Part shown: in pieces, positions 1 to 8,971 of the stretch
Layout: the number at the start of each line of letters is the position of its first letter
Numbering within the stretch: the first letter of the stretch is position 1
Source of the DNA: a virus
Taxonomy: Duplodnaviria > Caudoviricetes
Strand: one strand, 5' to 3'
DNA length: 44,854 bases
IMG/VR virus record: IMGVR_UViG_3300027819_000020
Coordinates: 1-44,854 of that record
Notes under the pieces: generated by a model
Told to the model about the DNA's origin: nothing
What the model saw: only the letters and a program-made list of their open reading frames with translations
The model's database searches: none
Program-made: the position numbers and the translations under genes

Positions 1-356
1 GGCGGGAAGCGCCGGCTCGTCAGCCACAACCGCCGCACCCAGGACCCCGAGCACCCAACCTGCGACGCCACGTGGCGCGCCGCGCGGGGCTCCAGGCGCC
101 GCGGCCGCCAGGCTGCGAGGATGTCCCCCTGCGCCCACAGGTTCTCGACGCCAGCCTCCCGCAGCTCCATGAGCGCAGAGACGACCACCTCGATGTCGGC
201 CACGACCTCGGGGTCTCGGGTTCTGGTACGCGGCTGATGCCTCAGGTCGGTGATCTGGCCATTGAGTCGGTCGATTGGCACGTCCCTCTCGTACTGGACG
301 CCTGCCTCGTCCAGCATGCCAGCGACCTTGTCCGCGAACTCCCGATGGGTTGTCAT
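1..356 (-). CDS. N-terminal half of an LmbU-like DNA-binding protein; continues across the circular junction into 44436..44847
   Basis: Manual translation MTTHREFADK...NLWAQGDILAAW...VGCSGSWVRRLWLTSRRFPP joins in frame to MHRESLPPPISWWHYELAA...WVEAAARHDWSVDTLRAQI. The W-x-x-GD / RRF / SWxHY / WSxxxLR pattern resembles the LmbU family. Confidence 0.65.
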   Translation of the reverse strand, partial: MTTHREFADKVAGMLDEAGVQYERDVPIDRLNGQITDLRHQPRTRTRDPEVVADIEVVVSALMELREAGVENLWAQGDILAAWRPRRLEPRAARHVASQVGCSGSWVRRLWLTSRRFP

Positions 357-739
357 TCCCTCTTCTCCTCTCCTACCACCATTTTGCCGATGTCAGCAAT
401 ATGGTCTCCGGGTGCGGGGTGACATGTCTGACACACACGCTCCGCCGGCCACGGCGCCGGGCGCTCCCAGTACACGGTGCCGCCGCAGGTCGGGCAAGCA
501 TCCGTCTGCCCCCCTACTCGCCCGCCCACGAAGGCCGCCGAGAGCTTGTAGAACCGCACCCTGTCCAGATGTCGCCGCCGCGCCGCTCTCGCCGCCGCCG
601 TCTCGTCCTTCGGTGCGTTGTAGACCCATCGCCCGCAGGCTACGCAGTAAACGCATTGCTGCCCGGCCTTCGGCTCGATCCTGCCCTCCCAACCGCCGCA
701 GACTGGGCAGGCTTGACGCATCGGGTACGGCTCAGCCAT
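353..739 (-). CDS. Zn-ribbon protein
   Basis: MAEPYPMRQACPVCG...CVACG...CPTCG...CQTC; ATG overlaps the primase stop. Confidence 0.65.
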   Translation of the reverse strand: MAEPYPMRQACPVCGGWEGRIEPKAGQQCVYCVACGRWVYNAPKDETAAARAARRRHLDRVRFYKLSAAFVGGRVGGQTDACPTCGGTVYWERPAPWPAERVCQTCHPAPGDHIADIGKMVVGEEKRE

Positions 740-1509
740 CAAAACGCGCCTGGGCCCATGCCCTTGCGGTAGGCGCTCCTGATCGTCCGCTCTACTTCCC
801 CCCAGTCCTGGTCGCCCTGCGCGTAGTCCTGCTCCCACCGCAGCGCCATGTAGCGCAGCGCCAAGCCGAGCGGCATCTGGGCCTGCCGCAGCATGTGGGC
901 CTCGACGTAGGCGCTCTTGTTCCGCTCCTCCAAGGGCACCTCGGGGCGCCACGGTGAGGGGAAGCCCGCCGATACGGCGCTGCCCTCGTCCTTGATCCCC
1001 ACCTTGTCGCAGAGCCACTTCCATGCCGTCGCGATGCTGGGCGATGGGTACGGCGCCCCACGGCCAATCAGCTCGTACCCCGGCGTCGGCGGCGCCGCGA
1101 CCTGGGTCCCCTCTGCCTTCAGTTCGATCTGAACCGTTCTCCCCTCCCATTGGATCGTGAAGGCCCGCGATGGCGAGAGTTGTGCCACCTCCTGGACATA
1201 GACGTGGGCTCGCTTGCGGATGGTGCGGACGGAGCGCGGCCCGTCCCTACCCAGCAGCGCCAGCACCTTGCCGCCGAGGCCCACGTCGTCGATGTCGATG
1301 GCAGCGAGGCCGCCGCTCGGGTGACCTAGTACTACCCCAAGGCCGGCAGCACCATCCCATGGTAGTGCCGCGATGACGTCGGCGGTTGCTACCAGGGTGG
1401 GCCAGTTAGCGACGATGGGGCGCTTCGGGAGGCCGGCGCTGTCCAGGGTTAGGGGCATGGGGCACCATCCACGTTGTACCAGGATAGACGCTGATCCTCG
1501 GAGGTCCAT
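739..1509 (-). CDS. bifunctional DNA primase/polymerase (Prim-Pol) domain protein
   Basis: GW-x-P-x-P...KRP...W, GLGVVLG...GLAAIDID, HVY and QVAAPPT motifs. Confidence 0.85.
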   Translation of the reverse strand: MDLRGSASILVQRGWCPMPLTLDSAGLPKRPIVANWPTLVATADVIAALPWDGAAGLGVVLGHPSGGLAAIDIDDVGLGGKVLALLGRDGPRSVRTIRKRAHVYVQEVAQLSPSRAFTIQWEGRTVQIELKAEGTQVAAPPTPGYELIGRGAPYPSPSIATAWKWLCDKVGIKDEGSAVSAGFPSPWRPEVPLEERNKSAYVEAHMLRQAQMPLGLALRYMALRWEQDYAQGDQDWGEVERTIRSAYRKGMGPGAF

Positions 1510-1540
1510 CTCTTTACTACTCCCCGGTCAGCTTCCAAGC

Positions 1541-1632
1541 CGCAACCCCCCTATAATAGGGGGGTGTGTTGCGTTGCGTTGTTGCGTGACCCATGGCGCA
1601 ACAGTTGCGCAACAACGCAACGTGTGTTGCGT
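1541..1632. repeat. candidate replication origin: TTGCG/CGCAA iterons plus a palindrome
   Basis: Nine TTGCG/CGCAA copies in about 90 bp and the palindrome ACCCCCCTAT-A-ATAGGGGGGT, between helicase and primase. Confidence 0.55.
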
Positions 1633-1635
1633 CCA

Positions 1636-2859
1636 TCATTCGGCCATCAAGAGCATGACGTAATCGTCCTTGACCGCCACCATGGCAGCCCGTTCTAGCC
1701 GCCGTACTACCTCGCGCAGAGTGTGAGCGGGGATGCTGGTATCGAGTTGGAGGTCCTTCCTGGTCATACGACCGCCTCCATCTCGTAGGCTGGCGAGCAC
1801 GCGGTCCTTCTGGCGGAGATGCTCCCTGAACTCCTGGAGCCTGCTCGCATCCTGCCAGCGAATGAAGATCGACTCGGGCGTGAAACTAACCTTGAGGCCG
1901 AAGGGTTTCTGTAGCGGTCCTCGGTTGACCTTGCGGTGAATCAGGGCAAGGTTCAACGTGCCATCGTCGTCACGGTCTCCGGCCTTAGCGAACCAGACAG
2001 ACCGCATGGTGTTCTCCCAGAAAATCGATCCGAAAACGCCTTCGCTATCGTGCTTGGCGTGATGGGCCAGGTTCAGGGAGCTCCGGATGCCGGTCGAGAT
2101 CAGTGCACGGTAGTACATGGTCGCCGTGTCTGCCTTCTCGGGGTCCGCGCCGCAGGCTAACGCCACGGAGTCGTTGACCATGTAGCGCACACCGTCACGG
2201 GCGATCAGGCGAGCGATCGCATCGGCCGTAGCGTAGAGAGGCCCCCCCATGTGCTTGTAGACGATTGGCGCCGGGTCATGCTCGCACCCGGCGCAGAGCA
2301 TCGCCAGGCGCTCGCGGTGGATATCCTCAGTCGGCTCCTCCCAGTCGGCATAGATTCCCGGACCAGGTTCGCCCAGGACGGGGAGTCCTAGATGCTCAAC
2401 CCCGGTTGTCAGGCTGACCAAACTTGCCAACGCAACGAGGCTCTTCCCTGTGCCGCCTCGTGCGTACAAGATGGTATGGTCTCCCTCTCGAAGTAGCGGG
2501 GGCATGAGATACCCCGGTGCCTCGCTCGGCGGCTTCGGTGTAAGGGGGATTGCGGGATCTCCCTCTTCCACCGATTGCCGCACCGTGCGGCAGGCCTTCT
2601 CCAGTAGTGGGTACCAGTCGGTTTCGCCAACGCGGTCCTTGCACGCCTTGACCGCATCGGATTTCGATCGGCTTCCTGTAAGTACGATCTTCCCCTCGTA
2701 CAGTTCCCCGTCTGGTCGGCCGGGGAACCCATGTAGAGAGACATTGAGCAACCCGCTCAGGTCGTCCCGCGAGTCGTGCAGGCGGGAGAAACGGAACATG
2801 ACCCCCGGCCATGAGGCGATGTAGTCGGGGCCTTCGCGCGTGAGTTCTGGCGGGTCCAC
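1636..2859 (-). CDS. AAA/RecA-like replicative helicase (RepA/AAA_25-like) with C-terminal HTH
   Basis: Walker A ARGGTGKS, YADWEE, Walker B YMVNDS, HHAK, FGSIFW; adjacent to primase. Confidence 0.85.
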   Translation of the reverse strand: MDPPELTREGPDYIASWPGVMFRFSRLHDSRDDLSGLLNVSLHGFPGRPDGELYEGKIVLTGSRSKSDAVKACKDRVGETDWYPLLEKACRTVRQSVEEGDPAIPLTPKPPSEAPGYLMPPLLREGDHTILYARGGTGKSLVALASLVSLTTGVEHLGLPVLGEPGPGIYADWEEPTEDIHRERLAMLCAGCEHDPAPIVYKHMGGPLYATADAIARLIARDGVRYMVNDSVALACGADPEKADTATMYYRALISTGIRSSLNLAHHAKHDSEGVFGSIFWENTMRSVWFAKAGDRDDDGTLNLALIHRKVNRGPLQKPFGLKVSFTPESIFIRWQDASRLQEFREHLRQKDRVLASLRDGGGRMTRKDLQLDTSIPAHTLREVVRRLERAAMVAVKDDYVMLLMAE

Positions 2860-2862
2860 TGG

Positions 2863-3027
2863 CTACAGCCGAGCCACCAGCCGGCGGGCCTCGCGCACCT
2901 TCCCCGACGCCGCCGCGGCCAGCGCGCTCACCCGCTCCAGCGGATGCAGAGCCACCAACGCGGCCTCAAGGAGGCGCTCGATCTGCTCCTGGCGCTCGAG
3001 CCGCGCCGTGGGGTTGACCGTTCCCAT
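2863..3027 (-). CDS. hypothetical protein (54 aa)
   Basis: Manual translation MGTVNPTARLERQEQIERLL..., with GAGGAGG upstream. Confidence 0.55.
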   Translation of the reverse strand: MGTVNPTARLERQEQIERLLEAALVALHPLERVSALAAAASGKVREARRLVARL

Positions 3028-3453
3028 TCTCGTGCCCTCCTCTCATAGTTCCGGCGGAAGCATTTGGCCCAGACCTCCCAACACCTCGGGCAGAGCCATT
3101 GAGCGTTCCCTCGGTGCTTCCATCGGTCTCTCTGACAACAGATACACGGGCCGTGTTGGTCCGCTCGCCAGTACCGTTCCATGCTGACTCGATACAGCAC
3201 CCCATCCATCTCCGCGCACGCCGTGGCGTAGACAGGCCAAGGGCCCCTCCCACGTAAGACACTACGCCGCACCATCGGGCTCGGCAACCGGGGCCACGTA
3301 CCGATGCCTCCGGCACAACTCCACGATTCGGCAGCCCAGCGAGCCATCGATGAACAACTCTACGACAACGCAGCAGCCGCACTGCCGCCGCGTGAACTGG
3401 GTTGACCAGACGGGCTTAGCTGGCACCGGACACCTCGGCAGCATCGATTGTTA

Positions 3454-3681
3454 TCATGCCGTAATCTCCGGGGCCAGCCGCACACGCCAGCGGGGCAGAA
3501 AGGCCACGCGTGATGGATTCGTGCGCTCGATGCATACTTGGAACTCCGCCCACCTGAGAGGGTCATCTGATAAGACCTGACCTGGCAGCACAGGCCGACT
3601 CGCCCGGTCCCATGTGAGCACGCGGTCCCCACGCTCGTAGCGCGGCTTCGAGGGCAGCGCGGCGAACTCTGCGCGGGTCAT
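3454..3681 (-). CDS. hypothetical protein
   Basis: ATGA-coupled to the upstream gene. Confidence 0.55.
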   Translation of the reverse strand: MTRAEFAALPSKPRYERGDRVLTWDRASRPVLPGQVLSDDPLRWAEFQVCIERTNPSRVAFLPRWRVRLAPEITA

Positions 3682-4031
3682 GGCACCGCTTGCCCGCCAG
3701 GCTTCGCGCTGACAGGCTCACAGAGGATACAGACGAGTTGTGGTGTTGCGGGCACCGCCTCCAGAGCGTCGAGCAGCCGCGTCAGCCGCTCCGGGCTCGC
3801 CCATGCGATCAGCCGGGCACAGGCCTCGGCGCCGCCGTAGAACTCGCTGGCGTGGACCCCGTCCGTCGTTACCCACCAGTCCTGCTCCGGCCATCCGGTC
3901 TGCGCCGTCACTGCGATGGGCCAGTTGCGCATGGGATCCTGGTCGCCCCGAACAGCCAGCCAGTTGCAGCGCACCACCTCCTCCAGCAACGCGCGGCCCT
4001 CAGCGATCTCATCTGGTGACACGTCGGTCAT
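3678..4031 (-). CDS. hypothetical protein
   Basis: GGAGGAGG RBS, start MTDVSPDE, coupled at both ends. Confidence 0.7.
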   Translation of the reverse strand: MTDVSPDEIAEGRALLEEVVRCNWLAVRGDQDPMRNWPIAVTAQTGWPEQDWWVTTDGVHASEFYGGAEACARLIAWASPERLTRLLDALEAVPATPQLVCILCEPVSAKPGGQAVP

Positions 4032-4243
4032 GGCGTCGCCTCCTCCCGCTGCGGCCAGCACCGGCGACAGCGTGGCCAGTCCTCGGGCGGCTTGAGTCTC
4101 CAGGTGTATTCGTACAGACGACCACAGCCGGTCAGTGCAAACAGCATGCTAGTGGGACTGTCTGAAGCACTCCGATGAACCGTCGGGCCGCGACCCGGCT
4201 TCAGTCTGCTGCCCGTGGGGGTCCGTAGTGCCACGTCGGTCAT
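4028..4243 (-). CDS. small Cys/His protein
   Basis: MTDVALRTP...H...CG...CRRC; coupled. Confidence 0.6.
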   Translation of the reverse strand: MTDVALRTPTGSRLKPGRGPTVHRSASDSPTSMLFALTGCGRLYEYTWRLKPPEDWPRCRRCWPQREEATP

Positions 4244-4503
4244 GGCGTCATCACCCGTTCTGGCTTTCTGGCGCCCTCCCGCCACGCCAGCCACCGGGTC
4301 GCGAGCTGGCGCAGCCCACAGGCGGCGGGCGAGCGGGTGCCCGCGTAGGCTTTTCTAGCCCGGTACATGCTAACGAGATGCTGCCGCCCCTCCGGGATGG
4401 CGATCCACACGAAGGCGAAGTGGCGGTTGAGCGGTAAGAGCGCCCATGCCGCGGCCGCCTCGCAGCGCAGGCAGTGCTCCCCACGGGCGCTGATGCTGCT
4501 CAT
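4240..4503 (-). CDS. hypothetical protein
   Basis: ATGA-coupled ORF. Confidence 0.55.
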   Translation of the reverse strand: MSSISARGEHCLRCEAAAAWALLPLNRHFAFVWIAIPEGRQHLVSMYRARKAYAGTRSPAACGLRQLATRWLAWREGARKPERVMTP

Positions 4504-5147
4504 GGCGCCACCAGCCCGGCCGCAGCGAGCATCTCGGCAAGGTGCTCCCGCCGCCGGTCCCTGGCGGCGGCCCTGGCGGCGGCCCTGGCGGCGTCCCAGG
4601 CGGCGTCCCAGGCGGCGGCCCTGGCGGCGGCCCTGGCGGCGGCCCTGGCGGCGTCCCTGGCGGCGGCCCTGGCGGCGGCCCTGGCGGCGTCCCAGGCGGC
4701 GGCCCTGGCGGCGGCCCTGGCGGCGGCCCTGGCGGCGTCACGCTCTTGCTCGCTCGCCTCACCGGCCAGCCAGCGCCGTTTCGTCGCGATGGCGGCCCAC
4801 GAGCGCGCGTCCGGCTCTCGCCCGGCTTCCCTCTCGCGGAGCAACGCCTGCTCGGCGCACCAGCAGGCAAACTCGTGCAACTCGCGCGTCACGTCACGCG
4901 CGGCCACGAGCCTCCGCCGAGCCGAGACTCCCTTGGTGTCATCATGCGGGCCGTCATCCACGTCCACGATGCAGGCCACCGGCCCCGTCGCATACTGGAG
5001 GGCGTCGAGCCATGATGGTGAGTGGTGGTAGCCTCGCTCGCAGAGCACCAGCGGCCCCGCGATGGTCCGCTCCTCGCCCACGGTCCAGGGCGGCTCATCA
5101 CCCGAGCCTGTAGTCATGTCCGCCCGCAGAAAATGGTAGGCGATCAT
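4500..5147 (-). CDS. phage protein with AARAAA(R/W)D low-complexity repeat
   Basis: MIAYHFL...LCERGYH...DALQYA domain followed by an Ala-rich repeat. Confidence 0.8.
   Translation of the reverse strand: MIAYHFLRADMTTGSGDEPPWTVGEERTIAGPLVLCERGYHHSPSWLDALQYATGPVACIVDVDDGPHDDTKGVSARRRLVAARDVTRELHEFACWCAEQALLREREAGREPDARSWAAIATKRRWLAGEASEQERDAARAAARAAARAAAWDAARAAARAAARDAARAAARAAARAAAWDAAWDAARAAARAAARDRRREHLAEMLAAAGLVAP
4558..4738. repeat. 12-bp tandem repeat, about 15 units
   Basis: Units of ccctggcggcgg / cccaggcggcgt. Confidence 0.9.
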
Positions 5148-5335
5148 GCAACCACCCCCTCCAGCAGCGTCGCATGCTCCCGCGCGCTGGCCTCCCGCTC
5201 GTACAGCGCGTGGACGTGCTCCAGGGCAGCCGCGCTGTCCCATGACCACACCTCCCAGAGGCCCGTGCCAGGGCGAAACCGCACCAGCACCGGCAGGCCC
5301 AGCGCGTGCTCCTCGGGCACCGGATCGCGGCTCAT
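5144..5335 (-). CDS. hypothetical protein
   Basis: GGAGG RBS; coupled. Confidence 0.6.
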   Translation of the reverse strand: MSRDPVPEEHALGLPVLVRFRPGTGLWEVWSWDSAAALEHVHALYEREASAREHATLLEGVVA

Positions 5336-6306
5336 GTGGGCACCTCCTCGAGGGCCGGCCGCGCGTTGTGCTTCGACAGCTCGCCGCTGCGTGCCCCGAT
5401 GCGACGGCGCCGCTCGGCCTTCTCCGCCGTGCTCAGGTTCGGGTCGGCCTCGATCTCGCGCTTCGCCTCCAGCAGCTCGTCCTGGGTCAGGCAGGCCTTG
5501 GTCCGCTCGGCGTAGTAGAGCAGCCGCCCCTCATGGTCGTCGTCCGTGGCAGCCACGGGTCCCGGCGCCTCCGCCAAGGGCTCGGTCGTGGCCTGGGCAG
5601 GCACCTCTTCGCTCGGGCGTGCCCTGGGCGCGCAATCGGGATGGTTGAGCGCCCCGACTGTCCAGCCCTCCGGCGGAACGATGGGCAGGTTGCACGTCGC
5701 ACATCGGGCCTCGCTGGGGTCTGGCCCGACGACCTCGCCCTCAGCGTCCCACGCCTCCGGGGGCAACTCATCAATCAGCGCCGGCGTCATGCCCCGCACC
5801 TTGAATCCCGCCTTGCGGTAGGCCTGAATCTGCGCCCGCTTCTCGGCCATGCGGAAGGCGTAGGTTTTCGTTGTCGGGTCGAAGCTCCTGCCGTCGCGCG
5901 TCCGCCGTTCCTGGCGCTCCGCTGCCCGCACGACGCCGAAGGCGGTGCTAGGCACTCGCTGGCCCTTGATGTGGACCCGGACGCCGACCACCATGTCACC
6001 CGTCTGGGCCTCGATCATCCGCAGATCGTCCGTAGTCGGGGCGAAGGTCTCCTCACCGTCGTAGATGCCCGACTCGCGTACCTTGCGGTACCATCCGTCA
6101 ATCTCGATGTAGAGCTGGCCCTCGTAGATCGTGATCTCTCGGAACAGCGGGTCAAGGCGCAACTCGACGGCCACCTCCGCGAGCATCTGCCGTTGTGCTG
6201 GGCTCAGGTCCTTCGCGAACCGGATAAGCCCGCGCTGCTCGGCTCCCGAGATGCGCTCCAGCATCCGGTCCGGCTGCCATACCGTTACGTCCGTGATCGG
6301 CTCCAT
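5332..6306 (-). CDS. RecT/Bet-like single-strand annealing protein (possible longer isoform from 6669)
   Basis: LDPLFREI...YIEIDGW and MAEKRAQIQAYRKAG motifs; strong RBS before MEPITD. Confidence 0.75.
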   Translation of the reverse strand: MEPITDVTVWQPDRMLERISGAEQRGLIRFAKDLSPAQRQMLAEVAVELRLDPLFREITIYEGQLYIEIDGWYRKVRESGIYDGEETFAPTTDDLRMIEAQTGDMVVGVRVHIKGQRVPSTAFGVVRAAERQERRTRDGRSFDPTTKTYAFRMAEKRAQIQAYRKAGFKVRGMTPALIDELPPEAWDAEGEVVGPDPSEARCATCNLPIVPPEGWTVGALNHPDCAPRARPSEEVPAQATTEPLAEAPGPVAATDDDHEGRLLYYAERTKACLTQDELLEAKREIEADPNLSTAEKAERRRRIGARSGELSKHNARPALEEVPT

Positions 6307-6665
6307 TCCTACCTCTCCCTCCGCGAACCGCTTCAGGTCGCGGATTTTCGATTCTGCAAAAGCGAGCTTCCCCGCCCGCCAGGACTCCGGCGACGGGTCC
6401 CCGTAGTACCCACCGGCCCGTGGCCCGAACGCACCGCGCATCATTGCCTCGGCGTCGCGCAGGTCCTGGCGCAGGTCGTCGTCCGTCATGGCAGCGTGCC
6501 GCTCCATGTCGCGCTGCGTCAACTCGATCTGCTCCAGCGCTCGCCGCACGGGATTGCTGACACCCCGGCGCCTCACGTGGCGCTGCGGTGGCTCCCATCC
6601 CTCCAGCCGCTCGACGAGCACGCCGGCGCGCCCGTAGGCGTGGTTCCATGCGCCCTGGGGGTCGC

Positions 6666-6800
6666 TCATGATCCACAACCTCCGCCGATAATCGCCTGGA
6701 CGAACCACCATGCCGCCACGATGCCGACAATGGCTAGCAATGTCGCTACGATGCCCCCCACGCATCCGCAGGCGAGGCCGCCCGTATCGTCGTCGCTCAT
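6666..6800 (-). CDS. small membrane protein (44 aa)
   Basis: MSDDDTGGLACGCVGGIVATLLAIVGIVAAWWFV...; GGAGG RBS. Confidence 0.6.
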   Translation of the reverse strand: MSDDDTGGLACGCVGGIVATLLAIVGIVAAWWFVQAIIGGGCGS

Positions 6801-6985
6801 GCGCTCGTCTCCTCCCTCTCGTCTCGCTGCGCCTCGGCCCAGCGCTCCAGCAGCCAGGCGTCGAGGCTCGGGTCAGTGGCGGGCCACTCGCCCGGCGGCA
6901 ATGGCGCATGGGAGCATCGGCCAGGCCGATCCCCCCTTTTGTCCCAACCCTGCCACTCAACGTATGGAGGGTTGTCCACGCTCAT
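6797..6985 (-). CDS. hypothetical protein
   Basis: MSVDNPPYVEW...; coupled. Confidence 0.55.
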   Translation of the reverse strand: MSVDNPPYVEWQGWDKRGDRPGRCSHAPLPPGEWPATDPSLDAWLLERWAEAQRDEREETSA

Positions 6986-7338
6986 GGCCCTTCCTCGCGC
7001 TGCCGTTCCCAGCGCTCCAGCGCCGCGTGCTCCCGGTCGCCATCGGCGAGGTCGTCGCACCGGCACGGCGCCGCCTCGGGCAGCACCAGCATGGGCAGAT
7101 CGTCTTCGTCCCACCACCCGGCTGCCATGCACTCTTGGCAGAAACGCGGCAGGTTCGACGGTAACTCTAGGAGGCTGTCCCCTAACAGCGGCCAGGCCAA
7201 CACGCGACCGCAGTTCTCGGCGCGGCACACCGTACTCCGGTCATCGTGCTGCGGGCAGCGGGCGTCGTGCGTCACGCCGGCGATCTCAGGCTCGTTGCCC
7301 GTCACGCCGGGCGGGTAGTTCCAGTTGAAGTTGCTCAC
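6982..7338 (-). CDS. hypothetical Cys-rich protein
   Basis: GTG start, SNFNWNYPPGVTG; coupled. Confidence 0.65.
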   Translation of the reverse strand: MSNFNWNYPPGVTGNEPEIAGVTHDARCPQHDDRSTVCRAENCGRVLAWPLLGDSLLELPSNLPRFCQECMAAGWWDEDDLPMLVLPEAAPCRCDDLADGDREHAALERWERQREEGP

Positions 7339-7457
7339 GGCTTCGCCTCGCGCCACTTCACGCTCTGGCACCGGGGGCACCGGACCGGCTCCGGTACACG
7401 CGGCAGCCAACGGGCCCCGCAACGTTGGCACTTCTTGGGCGGGTAGCCGATCTGCAT
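7335..7457 (-). CDS. 40-aa Zn-ribbon protein
   Basis: MQIGYPPKKCQRCGARWLPRVPEPVRCPRCQSVKW; GAGGAGG RBS; first gene after a promoter. Confidence 0.75.
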   Translation of the reverse strand: MQIGYPPKKCQRCGARWLPRVPEPVRCPRCQSVKWREAKP

Positions 7458-7487
7458 CGTCTTGTCCTCCTCTACTACCTACATGGT

Positions 7488-7516
7488 AGTATAGGGCGCT
7501 CCCGTGGCCATGTCAA
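7488..7516 (-). promoter_or_regulatory. sigma70-type promoter
   Basis: TTGACA-17-TATACT; overlapped by the inverted repeat TACTACC-N5-GGTAGTA. Confidence 0.85.
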
Positions 7517-7561
7517 TACCCCTGGCCACCAATGTCGCCCCGGCTACGATACTGCGGCGGG

Positions 7562-8206
7562 TTACGCGCGGTAAGCGGCTGGCACGTCGGCCAGGGCGCG
7601 GAGGAGCTGGGCGCCGATGTAGCGCGTGTAGGCAGGGGGGATGGCCTGTGTCAACTCGGCTTCCGTCATCCAGTCGATACCCATGGCACGTTCCTGTTCT
7701 CCTCTCTGCCTACGCCCTTGAGCACGGCGAGCGTTGGACCCGCCATGTACGGTGACCGGGTGCCCGATATGCGCACAGCCTGCGCCGGACAGCGCCCAGA
7801 ATCCCACCGTCTCAAACCAACGATGCCGCCAGACACGCAAGCCAAACATGGAACCGCAGAGTAGCACCGGGTTGTTCAACCACCTGCGAGCCCCGTCAAC
7901 GTTCTCGATCACATACGCTTTCCCCGTCGCCTGCAAAGCGGATCGTGTTACCGGAATCAGGTTCGGGTGCTTCGCCCTAGCTGCCAATGGAGTGATCTCA
8001 CTAGCGAACTGGCATGGTGGGCTGGCGTGGATCGCGTCGTACTCGCCACCATGCTCGGCCAGGTACTCCAATGCGTCGGCCTGAACGAATGCGTCGCCGC
8101 AGTAGTGCGGCTGGGGCCGGTTATCGACGCCCGTGACGTGGAAGCCCGCCTGCTGGTAGCCACGTGCCGCGCCACCTGCCCCTGAATACAAATCAAGCAG
8201 TTTCAT
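7562..8206 (-). CDS. DNA cytosine-C5 methyltransferase (short phage type)
   Basis: LDLYSGAGG, HASPPCQ, YVIENV, RHRWFE, QAIPPAY motifs. Confidence 0.9.
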   Translation of the reverse strand: MKLLDLYSGAGGAARGYQQAGFHVTGVDNRPQPHYCGDAFVQADALEYLAEHGGEYDAIHASPPCQFASEITPLAARAKHPNLIPVTRSALQATGKAYVIENVDGARRWLNNPVLLCGSMFGLRVWRHRWFETVGFWALSGAGCAHIGHPVTVHGGSNARRAQGRRQRGEQERAMGIDWMTEAELTQAIPPAYTRYIGAQLLRALADVPAAYRA

Positions 8207-8382
8207 TACCCAAGCCCGGAACACAGGATGCAGCAGCAGTGCGGCTCGAAGCGCCCCAGTGCCTGCTGGCAGCGGATGCCGGGATTGGCCACCGGGTCAG
8301 TACCACACCGGCGCACCATGCCCAGCGGCCAGAGCACGGCGCCGGCCAGGGCGTGGAGCAGGATGGCGCGCAGGAGCCTCAT
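8206..8382 (-). CDS. hypothetical small protein
   Basis: Fills the gap with coupled ends. Confidence 0.45.
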   Translation of the reverse strand: MRLLRAILLHALAGAVLWPLGMVRRCGTDPVANPGIRCQQALGRFEPHCCCILCSGLG

Positions 8383-8615
8383 TCTCGTCGCCGACGGCGC
8401 TGGGCGAGTTCGCGGCTCGTGACCGATACCGCACCCAGGAGCAGGGCATGCTCGCGCTTGTTGGCCGTGATGTCGTAGTGGTCGCCCTGGAACCAAGCCC
8501 TCCGAATGCCCAGGCGATGGGCGAACTCATGCAGCTCGTCTAGGCTCAGGTCGCTGACTAGGTGGCACCAGTAGCGGCGCCGCCAGAACCACAGCGGCGA
8601 ATCGACGAGGATCAT
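8379..8615 (-). CDS. DUF4031-like protein
   Basis: MILVD...WCHLVSD...ELHEFA..LG...WFQGDHYDI. Confidence 0.85.
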   Translation of the reverse strand: MILVDSPLWFWRRRYWCHLVSDLSLDELHEFAHRLGIRRAWFQGDHYDITANKREHALLLGAVSVTSRELAQRRRRRE

Positions 8616-8971
8616 GGCGCACAGCCAGACCAGGGCGCCCAGCCGCTCGCGGTCCATATCTCCACCGCCAGCGCCGTCTGCTTCGCCGGGTCGGCGTGCA
8701 TCTCCTCCCACGTCCAGCCGCGTCGTAGTGCCTTCGCCTCGTGGCTGGCCCGGTGCAACTGCCAGGCGCCCCAGTACTCGCCGTCCTCGCTCACGACGTC
8801 CCAGCGGCCTCTCGACTCGCACCAGATCACATCCTGTGCTGCTTCCATGCCCGGCGGCACCACGATCACGACGACCTCGGGCGGCGGCTCGGCCCCGGCA
8901 GCGGCGGCGCAGTGCCCCAGGAGCCCCAGCAGCACGGCGGTGACGCCGGCGCGGACGGGAAGGGGCGCCAT
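8612..8971 (-). CDS. secreted lysozyme-like transglycosylase (SLT/Rpf-like)
   Basis: Signal peptide, IWCESRG, YWGAWQL, Q...A...GWAPW-x-C. Confidence 0.8.
   Translation of the reverse strand: MAPLPVRAGVTAVLLGLLGHCAAAAGAEPPPEVVVIVVPPGMEAAQDVIWCESRGRWDVVSEDGEYWGAWQLHRASHEAKALRRGWTWEEMHADPAKQTALAVEIWTASGWAPWSGCAP

Noticed and set aside
3030-3450. Overlapping Cys-rich ORFs
   Set aside because: Probably small genes, but frame and boundaries could not be resolved.
4558-4738. CRISPR array
   Set aside because: Contiguous 12-bp coding repeats without spacers; no cas genes.
5146-7164. Long plus-strand ORFs (672 aa here, many others elsewhere)
   Set aside because: Antisense shadows of GC-rich minus-strand genes, with no recognisable domains or RBS.
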